From positions 3,072,001-3,136,000 of the forward strand of contig CP181291.1 of assembly GCA_052279835.1 (NCBI GenBank): a DNA stretch of 64,000 bases, written 5' to 3'. A program made the position numbers and the translations under genes. Shown in pieces: positions 21,533 to 31,758 of the stretch. Numbering within the stretch: position 1 is the first letter of the stretch; each line of letters starts with the position of its first letter. The DNA is from Microcoleus sp. (GTDB lineage: Bacteria; Cyanobacteriota; Cyanobacteriia; Cyanobacteriales; Microcoleaceae). The notes beneath the pieces are model-generated. The model worked only from the letters and a program-made list of their open reading frames with translations, was not told the origin of the DNA and did not search any database.

Positions 21533-21694
21533 GACTTCGCGGTCAGCTATTGCCAGTTATGGACTATTTTTTAGTTTCCCATAAAGTTATCGCACTTCAT
21601 TAAACTTTTTGGTAATCTTGAAAAAGGCGATCGTGGCACTAGCCTTAGACATCAATTTATTTCTGACACCCTAGATTACCTGAATTAACTAACT

Positions 21695-21838
21695 ATGAAA
21701 GCAATTAAAGTGATGGCAACGATTGACAACCAAGGGCAATTGTGCATTGATGAACCGTTAAATTTAGAGCAAAATAGCAAAGTAGAAGTAATTGTGCTGA
21801 TTCCCGAAGTGACAGAAAGTAATGAATATGAGCAATAA
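21695..21838 (+). pseudogene. Truncated 47-aa copy of the antitoxin at 28593
   Basis: MKAIKVMATIDNQGQLCIDEPL...; 21637-21838 aligns with 28539-28734. Confidence 0.8.
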
Positions 21839-21894
21839 ATCTGCTATATTTTTAAGTGTACCAATTGCCCACTGTTTCCTCCAGGTTAATTAGT

Positions 21895-22119
21895 ATGGAT
21901 CTCACTGTCACGTTGAATCAAATTACATCGCTCAGTATTGAAGACCGAATTCGGCTCGTACAAGCAATTTGGGATAGCATCGCAGCAGAGCAAGCTTACC
22001 CCAATCTTACAGAAATACAAAAACAAGAACTGGATCGGCGGATTAGCGATTCCGAAGCTAATCCAGATGATGTAATGACTTGGGAACAAATTAAAGCTTC
22101 GATAAAAAGACGCCCATGA
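21895..22119 (+). CDS. Addiction-module antitoxin component
   Basis: LSIEDRIRLVQAIWDSI...ELDRR...MTWEQIK. Confidence 0.88.
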   Translation: MDLTVTLNQITSLSIEDRIRLVQAIWDSIAAEQAYPNLTEIQKQELDRRISDSEANPDDVMTWEQIKASIKRRP

Positions 22120-22412
22120 ATTATGCGCTAGTGTTTCGGCCAGAAGTTCGTGAAGAACTCGATGAGGCTTACAATTGGTACGAAAGCCAGCAGGTAGGAC
22201 TTGGCGACGATTTTTTGGACTCTGTGGACGAGACGTTAAATCGAATTTGCCAGATGCCAGAATCATATCCAGTTGTCTATCGTGATGTTAGGCGATCTGT
22301 GGTTCGTCGCTTTCCTTATGCTGTTTACTATCGGATTGTATCAAGTCGGGTGATTGTCACAGCAATTTTTCACAGTCGGAGAGATCCCAAAGCTTGGCAA
22401 GTGCGAACATAA
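22116..22412 (+). CDS. RelE/ParE family toxin
   Basis: EAYNWYE, RRFPYAVYY, AIFHSRRDP; ATGA overlap with the antitoxin. Confidence 0.9.
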   Translation: MNYALVFRPEVREELDEAYNWYESQQVGLGDDFLDSVDETLNRICQMPESYPVVYRDVRRSVVRRFPYAVYYRIVSSRVIVTAIFHSRRDPKAWQVRT

Positions 22413-22497
22413 ATAAATGTTTGCAAGAGTCTGGCTAGTCTTTGACTTGTATCATTGCTTAAACTTGGGAAACTAAAATTTACGTCAATTGCAGGCG

Positions 22498-25400
22498 TTA
22501 AAATTTCTCACCCAGCCATTCCCTCCCCCTCGCCAACAACTCATCCAAACTTTCCACTGGCCAAAACCGCACCTTTCCATCCTGGGAACCTGTTATTAAA
22601 AACTTCCCATCCCAACTAAAACAAACACTATAAATCGGACTTTTTAACTTCACAAAATCTGCTTCGCCTTTGAGTAAATTGCCCTTATATCCGCTAAAGT
22701 CGGCAAGTAAATTCCCCTGCAAGTCCCACAATTTGGCGGTGCCGTCTTGTGATGCAGTGGCGATCGTATCTCCTGTGGGGCTAAAACTGACACTATTTAC
22801 CGAGCCATTATGTCCGGTGAATGTTACCAAGCAGTTGCCCTGCAAGTCCCACAATTTCGCGGTGTTGTCTTTTGAGGCAGTTGCGATCGCATCTCCTGTC
22901 GGGCTAAAACTGACACTTGTTACCCAGTGATTATGTCCGGTAAATGTTACCAAGCAGTTGCCTTTCAAGTCCCACAATTTGGCTGTTTTGTCAGATGAGA
23001 CAGTAGCGATTCTATCTCCTATGGGGCTAAAACTGACACTCCATACCGAGCCATTATGTCCGGTGAATGTTACCAAGCAGTTGCCATCCAAGTCCCACAA
23101 TTTGGCTGTTTTGTGAGTTGAGGCCGTGACAATCCTATCTCCTGTGGGGCTAAAACTGGCACTCCATACCGAGTAATTATGTCCGATGAATGTTAGCAAG
23201 CAGTTGCCATCCAAGTCCCACAATTTGGCGGTTCGGTCATCTGAGGCAGTAGTAATCCTATCTCCTATGGGGCTAAAACTGACACTCCATACCGAGTCAT
23301 AATGTCCAGTGAATGTTGCCAAGCAGTTGCCCTTCAAGTCCCACAATTTGGCAGTTCGGTCATTTGAGGCAGTAGCAAATGCATCTCCTGTCCGACTAAA
23401 ACTGACACTATTTACCGACTTATCATGTCCGGTGAATGTTTCCAAGTGGTTGCCTTGCAAGTCCCACAATTTGGCAGTTCGGTCATCTGAGGCAGTAGCG
23501 AATGCATCTCCTGTCGGACTAAAACTGAGACTATTTACCGAGTCATTATGTCCGGTGAATGTTACCAAGCGGTTGCCCTGGAAATCCCACAATTGAGCGG
23601 TTCGGTCATCTGAGGCAGTAGCAATTATATCTCCAGTCGGACTAAAATTGACACTATTTACCGACTTATCATGTCCGGTGAATGTTACCAAGCGGTTGCC
23701 CTGGAAATCCCACAATTGAGCGGTTCGGTCATCTGAGGCAGTAGCAATTATATCTCCAGTCGGGCTAAAACTGACACTATTTACGGGTTTATTATGTTCA
23801 TTGAATATTACCAAACAGTTGCCCTCCAAGTCCCACAATTTGGCAGTGATCTCAGTTGAGGCAGTGGCGATCTTATTTTCTGTCGCGCTAAAACTGACAC
23901 TATTTACAGATTTATTATGTCCTATGAATGTTACCAAGCAGTTGCCTTCTAAGTCCCATAATTTGGCGGTTTTGTCTTGTGATGCAGTAGCTATCGCATC
24001 TCCATTCGGGCTAAACCTGACACTGGTTACCAAGTCATCATGTCCGATGAATGCTACCAAGCAGTTGCCCCGCAAGTCCCACAATCTAGCGGTTTTGTCT
24101 TGTGATGCAGTAGCTATCACATCTCCAGTCGGACTAAAACTCACACTATTTACCCTGCCATTATGTCCGGTGAAAGTCATCAAACATCGACCTTGTAAAT
24201 CCCACAATTTCGCGGTTTGGTCAGATGAGGCAGTGGCGATCGTATCTCCTGTCGGGCTAAAACTCACACTATTTACCGAGTCCTTATGTCCAATAAACTG
24301 ATGCCGAACGCGAATTTTAGTAAGAATTACTTGCAAAGCTGACAGAGGAGTAATTGTGGGATATTCGGAAATCGGGGGGTTATCTGGTATCCACTTCTTT
24401 AAATCTTCTCCTGCTTGGATAGCTGCCCGCAAGGCTGTTATTTGCTTTCCATCCGACTGAAAAAGCTCTAAGGCATCATGTCCAGCTTCTTCAACTTTAA
24501 TGACTTTAATGACTTCTCTGCGAACTTCTTTTAAGAATTTATTAGATGTCCTTAGTTCTTGCCGTTCATCATCTCGACTGGCATCTAAAAAATCATTATC
24601 CTCATCGCTTAAACGTTTCCCCACTTTCCACTGCAACGCATCATCCAATGCTTGATCATGCAGCAGTCGGGAAGTATCTTGACGATTTGAGGCTATCCAA
24701 GCGGCGAAGTTTTCCTGGTAGGGGCGGAGTTTCGCTAATTCTTGCTGTACCCAATCGAGGTTAAAAATAGCGGCATATATGGTGTTATAAACTTTTAAAT
24801 ATCCGTCGCGTTTGACGACCAATCCTGAGAGTTGTAACCTTCTTTGATCGAGACTATTATCAGCACAGATTTTCCGATCCGCGTCCGTCAGTATTTGCTG
24901 ATAAATACCCAGCAGTAGCGCAGTGCGGTCTTGATAGTCAAGCAGCAAGCGATCTCTAATTGTTTTTAAATGTTCTAGTTCGTCATTTGCTTCCCAATTG
25001 TCAATGACGTACTTTTGCACTAAAGCTTTCACATCATAACTCCCACTGGCAGATTGATATACCATCAGTCGGCACAGTCTTTGCATCAAAAAAGGTTGCC
25101 CGTTTGTCCAATTAAAAACCTCAGCTAATATCTCCTCCGATATCTCTTGCGATCGCTCTCCCATTAAACCAGGGATTAAAGCAGGTCGAGCTTCATCAAA
25201 AGTAAAGCCTGTTAAATCAATAGCCTTACCAATATTAAAAGGTGTTCGGTCTTTATCGCGAATCAAATCTGCTGGCGTGGCTACCCCCAAAAGACAAAAC
25301 GTAAGGCGCTTATGTTCAAAATTAATCGCTCTTTTGTTATAGCAAGCGCGAATCAATAGAAAAAAATCATCTTTCCAGCTTAGATTTAAAATCGAATCGA

Positions 25401-25824
25401 TTTCATCAATAAAAATAACAATATTTTGCGAAATCTCAGTCAATAAAACATCTTCAATAAACTGACTCAATCGCTGAGACGGCGACAGCAATTGTCGCTG
25501 CTGCCACCAACTATCAGCATCCACCTTTCTGGAGAGTGTGCCACCGCGAACTAACTCAGAAATAATGCCAAAATACCAGTAGTCTGAAGTTTCGCTACCG
25601 ATATCTGTTAAATCGATCGCAATACATTTAAAGCCTGCTTTTTCCCGCAAGCGTTTCATCGTTTGTACTTGCAAGCTAGACTTGCCCATTTGTCTGGAAT
25701 TCAACACATAACAAAATTCTCCTGCTATCAAACTGTCATAAAGTTCGCTATCTGCCTGACGCTTAACATAGGTAGGATGTTCGTACTCTAAAGAGCCACC
25801 AACTTGATATTGATAAACCGTCAT
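22498..25824 (-). CDS. AAA-like (AAA_35/STAND-type) ATPase fused to about 14 WD40 repeats
   Basis: Walker A LNSRQMGKS, Walker B VIFIDEID, TPFNIG, WTNGQPFL; 123-bp repeats. Confidence 0.92.
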   Translation of the reverse strand: MTVYQYQVGGSLEYEHPTYVKRQADSELYDSLIAGEFCYVLNSRQMGKSSLQVQTMKRLREKAGFKCIAIDLTDIGSETSDYWYFGIISELVRGGTLSRKVDADSWWQQRQLLSPSQRLSQFIEDVLLTEISQNIVIFIDEIDSILNLSWKDDFFLLIRACYNKRAINFEHKRLTFCLLGVATPADLIRDKDRTPFNIGKAIDLTGFTFDEARPALIPGLMGERSQEISEEILAEVFNWTNGQPFLMQRLCRLMVYQSASGSYDVKALVQKYVIDNWEANDELEHLKTIRDRLLLDYQDRTALLLGIYQQILTDADRKICADNSLDQRRLQLSGLVVKRDGYLKVYNTIYAAIFNLDWVQQELAKLRPYQENFAAWIASNRQDTSRLLHDQALDDALQWKVGKRLSDEDNDFLDASRDDERQELRTSNKFLKEVRREVIKVIKVEEAGHDALELFQSDGKQITALRAAIQAGEDLKKWIPDNPPISEYPTITPLSALQVILTKIRVRHQFIGHKDSVNSVSFSPTGDTIATASSDQTAKLWDLQGRCLMTFTGHNGRVNSVSFSPTGDVIATASQDKTARLWDLRGNCLVAFIGHDDLVTSVRFSPNGDAIATASQDKTAKLWDLEGNCLVTFIGHNKSVNSVSFSATENKIATASTEITAKLWDLEGNCLVIFNEHNKPVNSVSFSPTGDIIATASDDRTAQLWDFQGNRLVTFTGHDKSVNSVNFSPTGDIIATASDDRTAQLWDFQGNRLVTFTGHNDSVNSLSFSPTGDAFATASDDRTAKLWDLQGNHLETFTGHDKSVNSVSFSRTGDAFATASNDRTAKLWDLKGNCLATFTGHYDSVWSVSFSPIGDRITTASDDRTAKLWDLDGNCLLTFIGHNYSVWSASFSPTGDRIVTASTHKTAKLWDLDGNCLVTFTGHNGSVWSVSFSPIGDRIATVSSDKTAKLWDLKGNCLVTFTGHNHWVTSVSFSPTGDAIATASKDNTAKLWDLQGNCLVTFTGHNGSVNSVSFSPTGDTIATASQDGTAKLWDLQGNLLADFSGYKGNLLKGEADFVKLKSPIYSVCFSWDGKFLITGSQDGKVRFWPVESLDELLARGREWLGEKF

Positions 25825-25845
25825 AATCTGGTTTTACTCCCGACT

Positions 25846-27162
25846 CTAATCTCGAAATTTCTCGGCAAAATAATCCCGATATAACCTACAGCTAGGAGTG
25901 ATACCATGCTGATTTGGTTTAACTAAACCCGTACTCAGCAATTTGAATTGTAGCACCTGTTCTAATTCTACTGAACTGTCTGCGAGTACAACTTGTTTGA
26001 GAGCAGCCTTAAGTTCAACATAATTTTGTAAATTCGCCCAGTGACTCTGCAAATGCTGGCGGTAAATTCCCACATCTGTAGCTGCATTTTTCAAGATTTC
26101 TTCTAAAGATAGATTGGAATTATGCAAATCATAAAGCGCCTTGCGTACTAGATAAGGATAACCGCCAACCATTGCCATCAATGCCGCTGCTTCATGAGTT
26201 TCCCAAGATAATTGATGGCGACGGGCTAAATCTAGAATATTTAGTTCGCTAAATTCGGTCAACTCTACTGGAAAGCCGACATTAAATGGTGATTGATTAT
26301 GAGGTAATTCCACGTAATCATTTGTAGAGTGGAGCAGCACCATTCGCAAATTTTCCCAAATGTCAGTTTTTTTAGTTTCTTCAAACCAGCTTCGTAACAT
26401 CTTCAGAAATTCTTGGGCAGTTTTCTCATAATGAAAAATACAGTCTATTTCTTCTAAAGCCAAGATCAAAGGACAATCTATAGCTTCTAAAACTTTTGTT
26501 TGAAAGTATTTTTTGCAATTTACGAGAATGCCTCCGCGCGCTTGCAAATCGATATTACATTCTAGTTTTAGCTGATCGCTGATATTGAAGCAAAACCATT
26601 CAAAAAATTTATGTGTATTGCTAAATATTTCTGTCTCAGCATCTCTAAAATCTAGGCGTACTAGCCTATGCTTATTTGTTTGTGGGTCTTTTATGATGCG
26701 ATTTAATAGAGAAGTTTTTCCCATTAATTTGGGAGCTTTAATGCGAATCATTGACCCAGATCTTAAAATCTGCTGACAACAATCAGATTCCATTTTGGAG
26801 CGTTCTACATAAAACTGAGAATTGAAGCGCAATGGTTTTTCTGGTGATTCTATTTCTTTCCGATGTTCACAGATTCTTCCCTCAAATTCCTTTAAAAACT
26901 CTTCACAAACTAATTCCGGTTTATGTTTAACAAATAATCGAATCAACTGCTGGCGTTGTGTATATGCACCCGGTTCGTTCTTCACCCCAAACGACTTGCA
27001 AATCTTTGAAATATGAGAACGAACCCCCGACGCATCTTTATGTAAAGCTTCAGAAATTTCTGTACCCGTTCGATTTTCCAAGAACATCTCTAACACTGAA
27101 TGCTGTGTTGCAGTAATATTTTTATAGATAGCCTCAAATTCCTGTTTTGTCATATTATCCAT
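25846..27162 (-). CDS. N-terminal LuxR-like HTH fused to an AAA-like (AAA_35) ATPase
   Basis: EISEALHKDASGVRSHISKICKSFG HTH; APKLMGKTS; SPFNVG; GGYPYLVR. Confidence 0.88.
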   Translation of the reverse strand: MDNMTKQEFEAIYKNITATQHSVLEMFLENRTGTEISEALHKDASGVRSHISKICKSFGVKNEPGAYTQRQQLIRLFVKHKPELVCEEFLKEFEGRICEHRKEIESPEKPLRFNSQFYVERSKMESDCCQQILRSGSMIRIKAPKLMGKTSLLNRIIKDPQTNKHRLVRLDFRDAETEIFSNTHKFFEWFCFNISDQLKLECNIDLQARGGILVNCKKYFQTKVLEAIDCPLILALEEIDCIFHYEKTAQEFLKMLRSWFEETKKTDIWENLRMVLLHSTNDYVELPHNQSPFNVGFPVELTEFSELNILDLARRHQLSWETHEAAALMAMVGGYPYLVRKALYDLHNSNLSLEEILKNAATDVGIYRQHLQSHWANLQNYVELKAALKQVVLADSSVELEQVLQFKLLSTGLVKPNQHGITPSCRLYRDYFAEKFRD

Positions 27163-27243
27163 TCCCCTCAGCCTCAAAACTGCCTAATTTCTCTTAAATT
27201 AGCATAAATCAGAGCTTTAGCGTAGCTGTCTTGTCAATTCCTG

Positions 27244-27331
27244 GTGAGTTTTCACAATTTTATAAGTCAAACATGATTTGTGAGTTTTTTTTCACAAACT
27301 CTTTCACAAATGATTCAAGCCCAACTCACAA
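27244..27331. promoter_or_regulatory. Cluster of TCACAA/TTGTGA sites in a divergent promoter region
   Basis: TCACAA at 27252, 27292, 27304, 27326; palindrome TTTGTGA-N8-TCACAAA at 27277-27298. Confidence 0.5.
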
Positions 27332-27439
27332 TCTCTCCAAATTTTTACCTGACAACTAATTTGGGAGTCTAAATTAACGATCGCCCGCAAACACAAACAA
27401 TGCAGATATCGTAGGAAATATAGAGAGATAGGTAAAACG

Positions 27440-27673
27440 ATGAAACTAGAAAAACAGAATTTAAACACCAAGCCTAAATTAGCTAAAAAGGTAAATCCAG
27501 TGAAAAAATCTGACAATTCAAACATCAAGTGGTTGATTGAGGAAGTGGTAGTACCGATCGCGATCGCCCTAATTCCTGCCCTAATTCCCTTAGCAACACC
27601 GTTGATCACCCCTCCAAATACCCAACAACCCGCAAATCCAGCGATCGATCGCACAATTCCACCGTCAAAATGA
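27440..27673 (+). CDS. Small protein: basic N-terminus, one hydrophobic segment, Pro-rich tail
   Basis: 77-aa ATG ORF preceded by a purine-rich tract. Confidence 0.6.
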   Translation: MKLEKQNLNTKPKLAKKVNPVKKSDNSNIKWLIEEVVVPIAIALIPALIPLATPLITPPNTQQPANPAIDRTIPPSK

Positions 27674-27699
27674 TATTCTGTGCGATCGCGCCTAATCTA

Positions 27700-27763
27700 A
27701 GAAACCGGGTTTCTGCGATAATTTACGCATCCTCACGAGATTTTGGAAAGAAACCCGGTTTCT
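27700..27763. repeat. AGAAACCGGGTTTCT doublet repeat
   Basis: Same family as the copies at 61347-62522. Confidence 0.8.
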
Positions 27764-27808
27764 GACCCCTCGCGCGTTAGCGAAGCCCTTGAAGAGGATC
27801 GCCCTTGT

Positions 27809-28468
27809 TTAAGCCAACTGCAACTGCACATTCTGCAACTTGCAAATCGCTTTCAAGACTTGCGCCAACAAAAGCGATCGCTCTGTGTCAATCAAATTCA
27901 ATTCCGGTAAAATCTGATAAGTACAAGGATTCCCCCGCGTCACCCGCACAAACCGATAACTTTCCCCATTCGTAGTCAATCCCCAAACCGACGATTGCTG
28001 CTGCAAACTTTTATAAGTATAAGTCAGCAATTGCGGCAAACCGGCCAAAGGGGAGATCGCACTATTTTTCGCCTCGACTACCAAAATCCAAAACTGTGCC
28101 GCCGCGAGTTCTGCATCCGGCTGATTTACGGCTAAAACATCCAACCGCCCTTTAATTAAAGTATCCTCATCCTCAACTTCAATGGGTATGCTATCTTCCA
28201 TTGTCAGCACAACAGGAACTTTAAAAAATCCCGTTAATCTCATCAACGGCGAAAGTGATAAAAACTTAACCAATTCTTCGGAAACCTTCCCCACTTCTAG
28301 ATAACGCCAAAAGTCATTGCTGATTTGCAATAATTCCTGCTGTTCAAAATCTGTCAGAGGTTCCATAGAGAAAAAATCAGTAAAAGAGCCTCCTGTTTGT
28401 CTTTCCAGTTTGAGAAGGCGACGAACGTCATTTAACGAAAGTTGGCTTGCTTCTAAATTTTGGGTCAT
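27809..28468 (-). CDS. Type I restriction R-subunit N-terminal-like (PD-(D/E)XK) protein
   Basis: GRLDVL...VVEAK...QLLTY...WGLTTNG. Confidence 0.75.
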   Translation of the reverse strand: MTQNLEASQLSLNDVRRLLKLERQTGGSFTDFFSMEPLTDFEQQELLQISNDFWRYLEVGKVSEELVKFLSLSPLMRLTGFFKVPVVLTMEDSIPIEVEDEDTLIKGRLDVLAVNQPDAELAAAQFWILVVEAKNSAISPLAGLPQLLTYTYKSLQQQSSVWGLTTNGESYRFVRVTRGNPCTYQILPELNLIDTERSLLLAQVLKAICKLQNVQLQLA

Positions 28469-28592
28469 GGCTTTTGTGCGATCGGCTGTTCCTGTCAAGG
28501 ATCTTGCAGATTTGGTATAATATAATATTAACACTTTTCACTAGCCTTTTACATCAGTCTATTTCTTACACTCTAGATTACCAGGAGTAACA

Positions 28593-28838
28593 ATGAAAGC
28601 AATTAAAGTGATGGCAACGATCGACGATCGAGGACAATTGTGCATTGATGAACCACTAAAATTAGAGCAAAATAGCAGAGTAGAAGTAATCGTGCTAATT
28701 TCCGAAGTAACAGAAAGTAATGAAAATGAGCAATCTAAAGAAACAATTCTAGCAGATTTTCGTCAAGCTTGGCAGGAAGCAATGACTGGCAAAACAATTC
28801 CTGTTGCCCAAATATGGGAGGGGATTGATGATGTCTGA
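28593..28838 (+). CDS. Putative antitoxin
   Basis: FRQAWQEAMTGKTIPVAQIWE; overlaps the RelE-like gene. Confidence 0.75.
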   Translation: MKAIKVMATIDDRGQLCIDEPLKLEQNSRVEVIVLISEVTESNENEQSKETILADFRQAWQEAMTGKTIPVAQIWEGIDDV

Positions 28839-29205
28839 GCAACCATTGATTCAAGTTGAAGCTGCACCAACGTTTACCAAAAACTTACGCAACCTCGCCA
28901 AAAAACATCGCAGTATTCGTAACGATATACAACCAGTCATTGAACAACTTGAACAGGGAGAGTTACCAGGCGAGCGCATATCTGGGATTGGTTACGATGT
29001 TTTTAAAGTGAGAGTCAGAAATAGCGATATTCAAAAAGGTAAAAGCGGCGGCTATCGTCTGATTTATTAGGTCAAAACTGCCAACGGAATTATTTTGCTG
29101 ACTGTTTATACAAAATCAGAACAAGCTGATATTCCTGCCGATGAAATTATGGGCATCATTGTAGAATACGAACGACGGGCAGGTGAAGATGAAGAAGATG
29201 CCTAA
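28831..29205 (+). pseudogene. RelE/HigB-like toxin with an in-frame TAG
   Basis: KGKSGGYRLIY, then TAG at 29068-29070, then the frame continues VKTANGIILLTVYTKSEQ to TAA 29205. Confidence 0.8.
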
Positions 29206-29281
29206 ATTAGGGTCATGACTTAAGTGCGATATTCGGTTCAGGTATTATAATACGATCAACCCTTACCTTAATCAACCAGCT

Positions 29282-29632
29282 ATGCAACTAGAAGACTACT
29301 TCAACTTCCTAAGACCTGACGATATTCGACTCCAAGGTTCTCGTATTGGCATCGAAACTATTCTTTATGAATACCTCTTTCGCGCGCGAACTCCCGAAGA
29401 AATCGCTAACATTTATACATCCCTCACCCTCGAACAAGTTTATGCAACCATTTTGTACTACCTGCACAACAAAGAAGCAGTCGGTAAATACATAACTGAA
29501 TGGCTGGAATGGGGCGACAAAATGCGAGAAGAACAACGTCTCAATCCTCCCCCAGTGACAGAAAAACTCCGCAAATTTAAAGCAGAAAGAGATGCAAGGA
29601 GCAAAGCTGATGCCCATTCAGTATCTCTTTGA
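29282..29632 (+). CDS. DUF433 family antitoxin-like protein
   Basis: IRLQGSRIGIETIL, LTLEQVYATILYY. Confidence 0.88.
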   Translation: MQLEDYFNFLRPDDIRLQGSRIGIETILYEYLFRARTPEEIANIYTSLTLEQVYATILYYLHNKEAVGKYITEWLEWGDKMREEQRLNPPPVTEKLRKFKAERDARSKADAHSVSL

Positions 29633-29660
29633 TGAAAATTTGGCGCTTGGTAATTGGTAA
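29610..29660 (+). pseudogene. Stub of a DUF5615/PIN-like toxin
   Basis: MPIQYLFDENL overlaps the DUF433 end, then runs into heptamer repeats and stops. Confidence 0.55.
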
Positions 29661-29787
29661 TTCGTAATTCGTAATAAGCCCCAAGATTTACACAAGTATT
29701 CAAAGTCTTAAGGAAAATAAACATTCTTTTGCCCCAACTTATGCACACAATAGCTAAAAAGAGTAACTGAACTAAAAACTAACAGCG

Positions 29788-31758
29788 ATGTCACAAGATA
29801 CCATCGAATCAATTCTGCAAGAAAAACGCCTGTTTCAGCCGCCTGCTGAATTCTCCCAAAAAGCTCACATCAAAAGCCTAGAAGAGTACCAAGCCCTCTA
29901 CGACAAAGCCAAAGCCGACCCCCAAGCATTCTGGGCCGAACTCGCCACACAGGAATTAGACTGGTTCCAAAAGTGGGATGCCGTACTCGACTGGCAGCCA
30001 CCTTTTGCTAAATGGTTTGTCAATGGTAAAATTAACATTTCTTACAATTGTCTAGACAGACATTTGACAACTTGGCGCAAAAATAAAGCCGCCCTGATTT
30101 GGGAAGGGGAACCCGGAGATTCCCGCACCCTCACCTACGCCCAACTCCACCGCGAAGTTTGCCAAATGGCTAACGTAATCAAGGATTTGGGAGTCCAAAA
30201 GGGCGATCGCGTCGGTATCTATATGCCCATGATTCCCGAAGCTGCGATCGCCATGCTAGCCTGTGCCAGAATCGGTGCAGTACATAGCGTGGTGTTTGGC
30301 GGATTTAGTGCTGAAGCTTTGCGCGATCGACTCAACGACGGCGAAGCAAAACTCGTCATCACCGCTGACGGTGGCTTCCGCAAAGATGCAGCAGTCGGCC
30401 TCAAAGTACAAGTAGACAAAGCATTAGCAAATGATGCCGTTCCTAGCGTTACCAACGTACTCGTAGTTCAGCGCACCAAACAGCAAATTGACATGGAACC
30501 GGGGCGCGATCATTGGTGGCACGATTTGCAAAAAGGTGCATCGGCAAATTGCCCTGCCGAACCGATGGATAGTGAAGATATGCTATTCATTCTTTACACT
30601 TCTGGAAGTACCGGCAAACCCAAAGGTGTCGTCCATACAACGGGCGGTTATAACCTTTATAGCCACATGACAACCAAGTGGATATTTGACCTCCAAGATA
30701 CTGATGTTTACTGGTGTACCGCTGATGTCGGCTGGATTACTGGACACAGTTACATAGTCTACGGGCCGCTGTCCAACGGTGCCACAACTGTCATGTATGA
30801 AGGTGCTCCTCGCCCTTCTAATCCAGGCTGTTTTTGGGATGTCATTGAAAAATATGGTGTCACTGTTTTCTACACTGCACCAACCGCAATTCGCACGTTT
30901 ATGAAAATGGGCGAACACTTGCCAAATGCCAGAGATTTGTCATCTTTGCGGTTGTTGGGAACTGTCGGCGAACCGATTAATCCTGAAGCTTGGATGTGGT
31001 ATCAGCGGGTAATTGGGAAATCGAATTGTCCAATTGTGGATACTTGGTGGCAAACAGAAACAGGCGGGATTATGATTACCGCTTTGCCCGGTGCAATTCC
31101 GACAAAACCTGGTTCTGCAACCCTTCCTTTCCCCGGAATTATTGCCGATGTTGTTAACCAAGATGGCGAACCGGTAACTAATGAAAGTGGCGGTTATTTA
31201 GTTGTGAAACATCCTTGGCCGGGAATGATGCGGACTCTTTACAATGATGCCGATCGCTTCCGCCGCACTTATTGGGAATATTTGCACCCCAAAGATGGCG
31301 AATTCGTCTACTTTGCAGGGGACGGCGCGCACAAGGACAAAGACGGTTATTTCTGGGTAATGGGCCGGGTTGATGATGTGATTAATGTGGCCGGACACCG
31401 ACTCGGTACGATGGAAGTTGAATCGGCTTTGGTGTCTCATCCAGCGGTGGCGGAAGCTGCGGTTGTGGGGAAACCTGATGAGATTAAGGGTGAGGAAATT
31501 GTGGCGTTTGTGACGCTGGATAATTCGCAGCAGCCTAGCGATGATTTGGCTAAGGAATTGAAGCAGCACGTTGTTAAGGAAATTGGGGCGATCGCCCGTC
31601 CTGGAGAAATTCGATTTACTGATGCTTTACCGAAGACTCGCAGCGGGAAGATTATGCGGCGTTTGTTGCGTTCTTTGGCTGCTGGTTTGGAGGTGACTGG
31701 AGATACTTCTACTTTGGAAGATCGGACTGTTTTGGATAAGTTGCGGGCTGATTCTTAG
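29788..31758 (+). CDS. acs: Acetyl-CoA synthetase
   Basis: [32 protein letters not shown]. Confidence 0.97.
   Translation: MSQDTIESILQEKRLFQPPAEFSQKAHIKSLEEYQALYDKAKADPQAFWAELATQELDWFQKWDAVLDWQPPFAKWFVNGKINISYNCLDRHLTTWRKNKAALIWEGEPGDSRTLTYAQLHREVCQMANVIKDLGVQKGDRVGIYMPMIPEAAIAMLACARIGAVHSVVFGGFSAEALRDRLNDGEAKLVITADGGFRKDAAVGLKVQVDKALANDAVPSVTNVLVVQRTKQQIDMEPGRDHWWHDLQKGASANCPAEPMDSEDMLFILYTSGSTGKPKGVVHTTGGYNLYSHMTTKWIFDLQDTDVYWCTADVGWITGHSYIVYGPLSNGATTVMYEGAPRPSNPGCFWDVIEKYGVTVFYTAPTAIRTFMKMGEHLPNARDLSSLRLLGTVGEPINPEAWMWYQRVIGKSNCPIVDTWWQTETGGIMITALPGAIPTKPGSATLPFPGIIADVVNQDGEPVTNESGGYLVVKHPWPGMMRTLYNDADRFRRTYWEYLHPKDGEFVYFAGDGAHKDKDGYFWVMGRVDDVINVAGHRLGTMEVESALVSHPAVAEAAVVGKPDEIKGEEIVAFVTLDNSQQPSDDLAKELKQHVVKEIGAIARPGEIRFTDALPKTRSGKIMRRLLRSLAAGLEVTGDTSTLEDRTVLDKLRADS

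Noticed and set aside
22405..22504. Degenerate attC after parE
   Set aside because: It lacks a proper RYYYAAC box and convincing arm pairing.
19481..24300. Diversity-generating retroelement acting on the WD40 repeats
   Set aside because: No reverse transcriptase or non-coding template repeat is seen; the similarity is explained by tandem repeats and paralogy.
19784..24764. Antisense ORFs over the WD40 genes and other long CDSs
   Set aside because: Shadow frames of real genes; their periodicity mirrors the sense-strand repeats.
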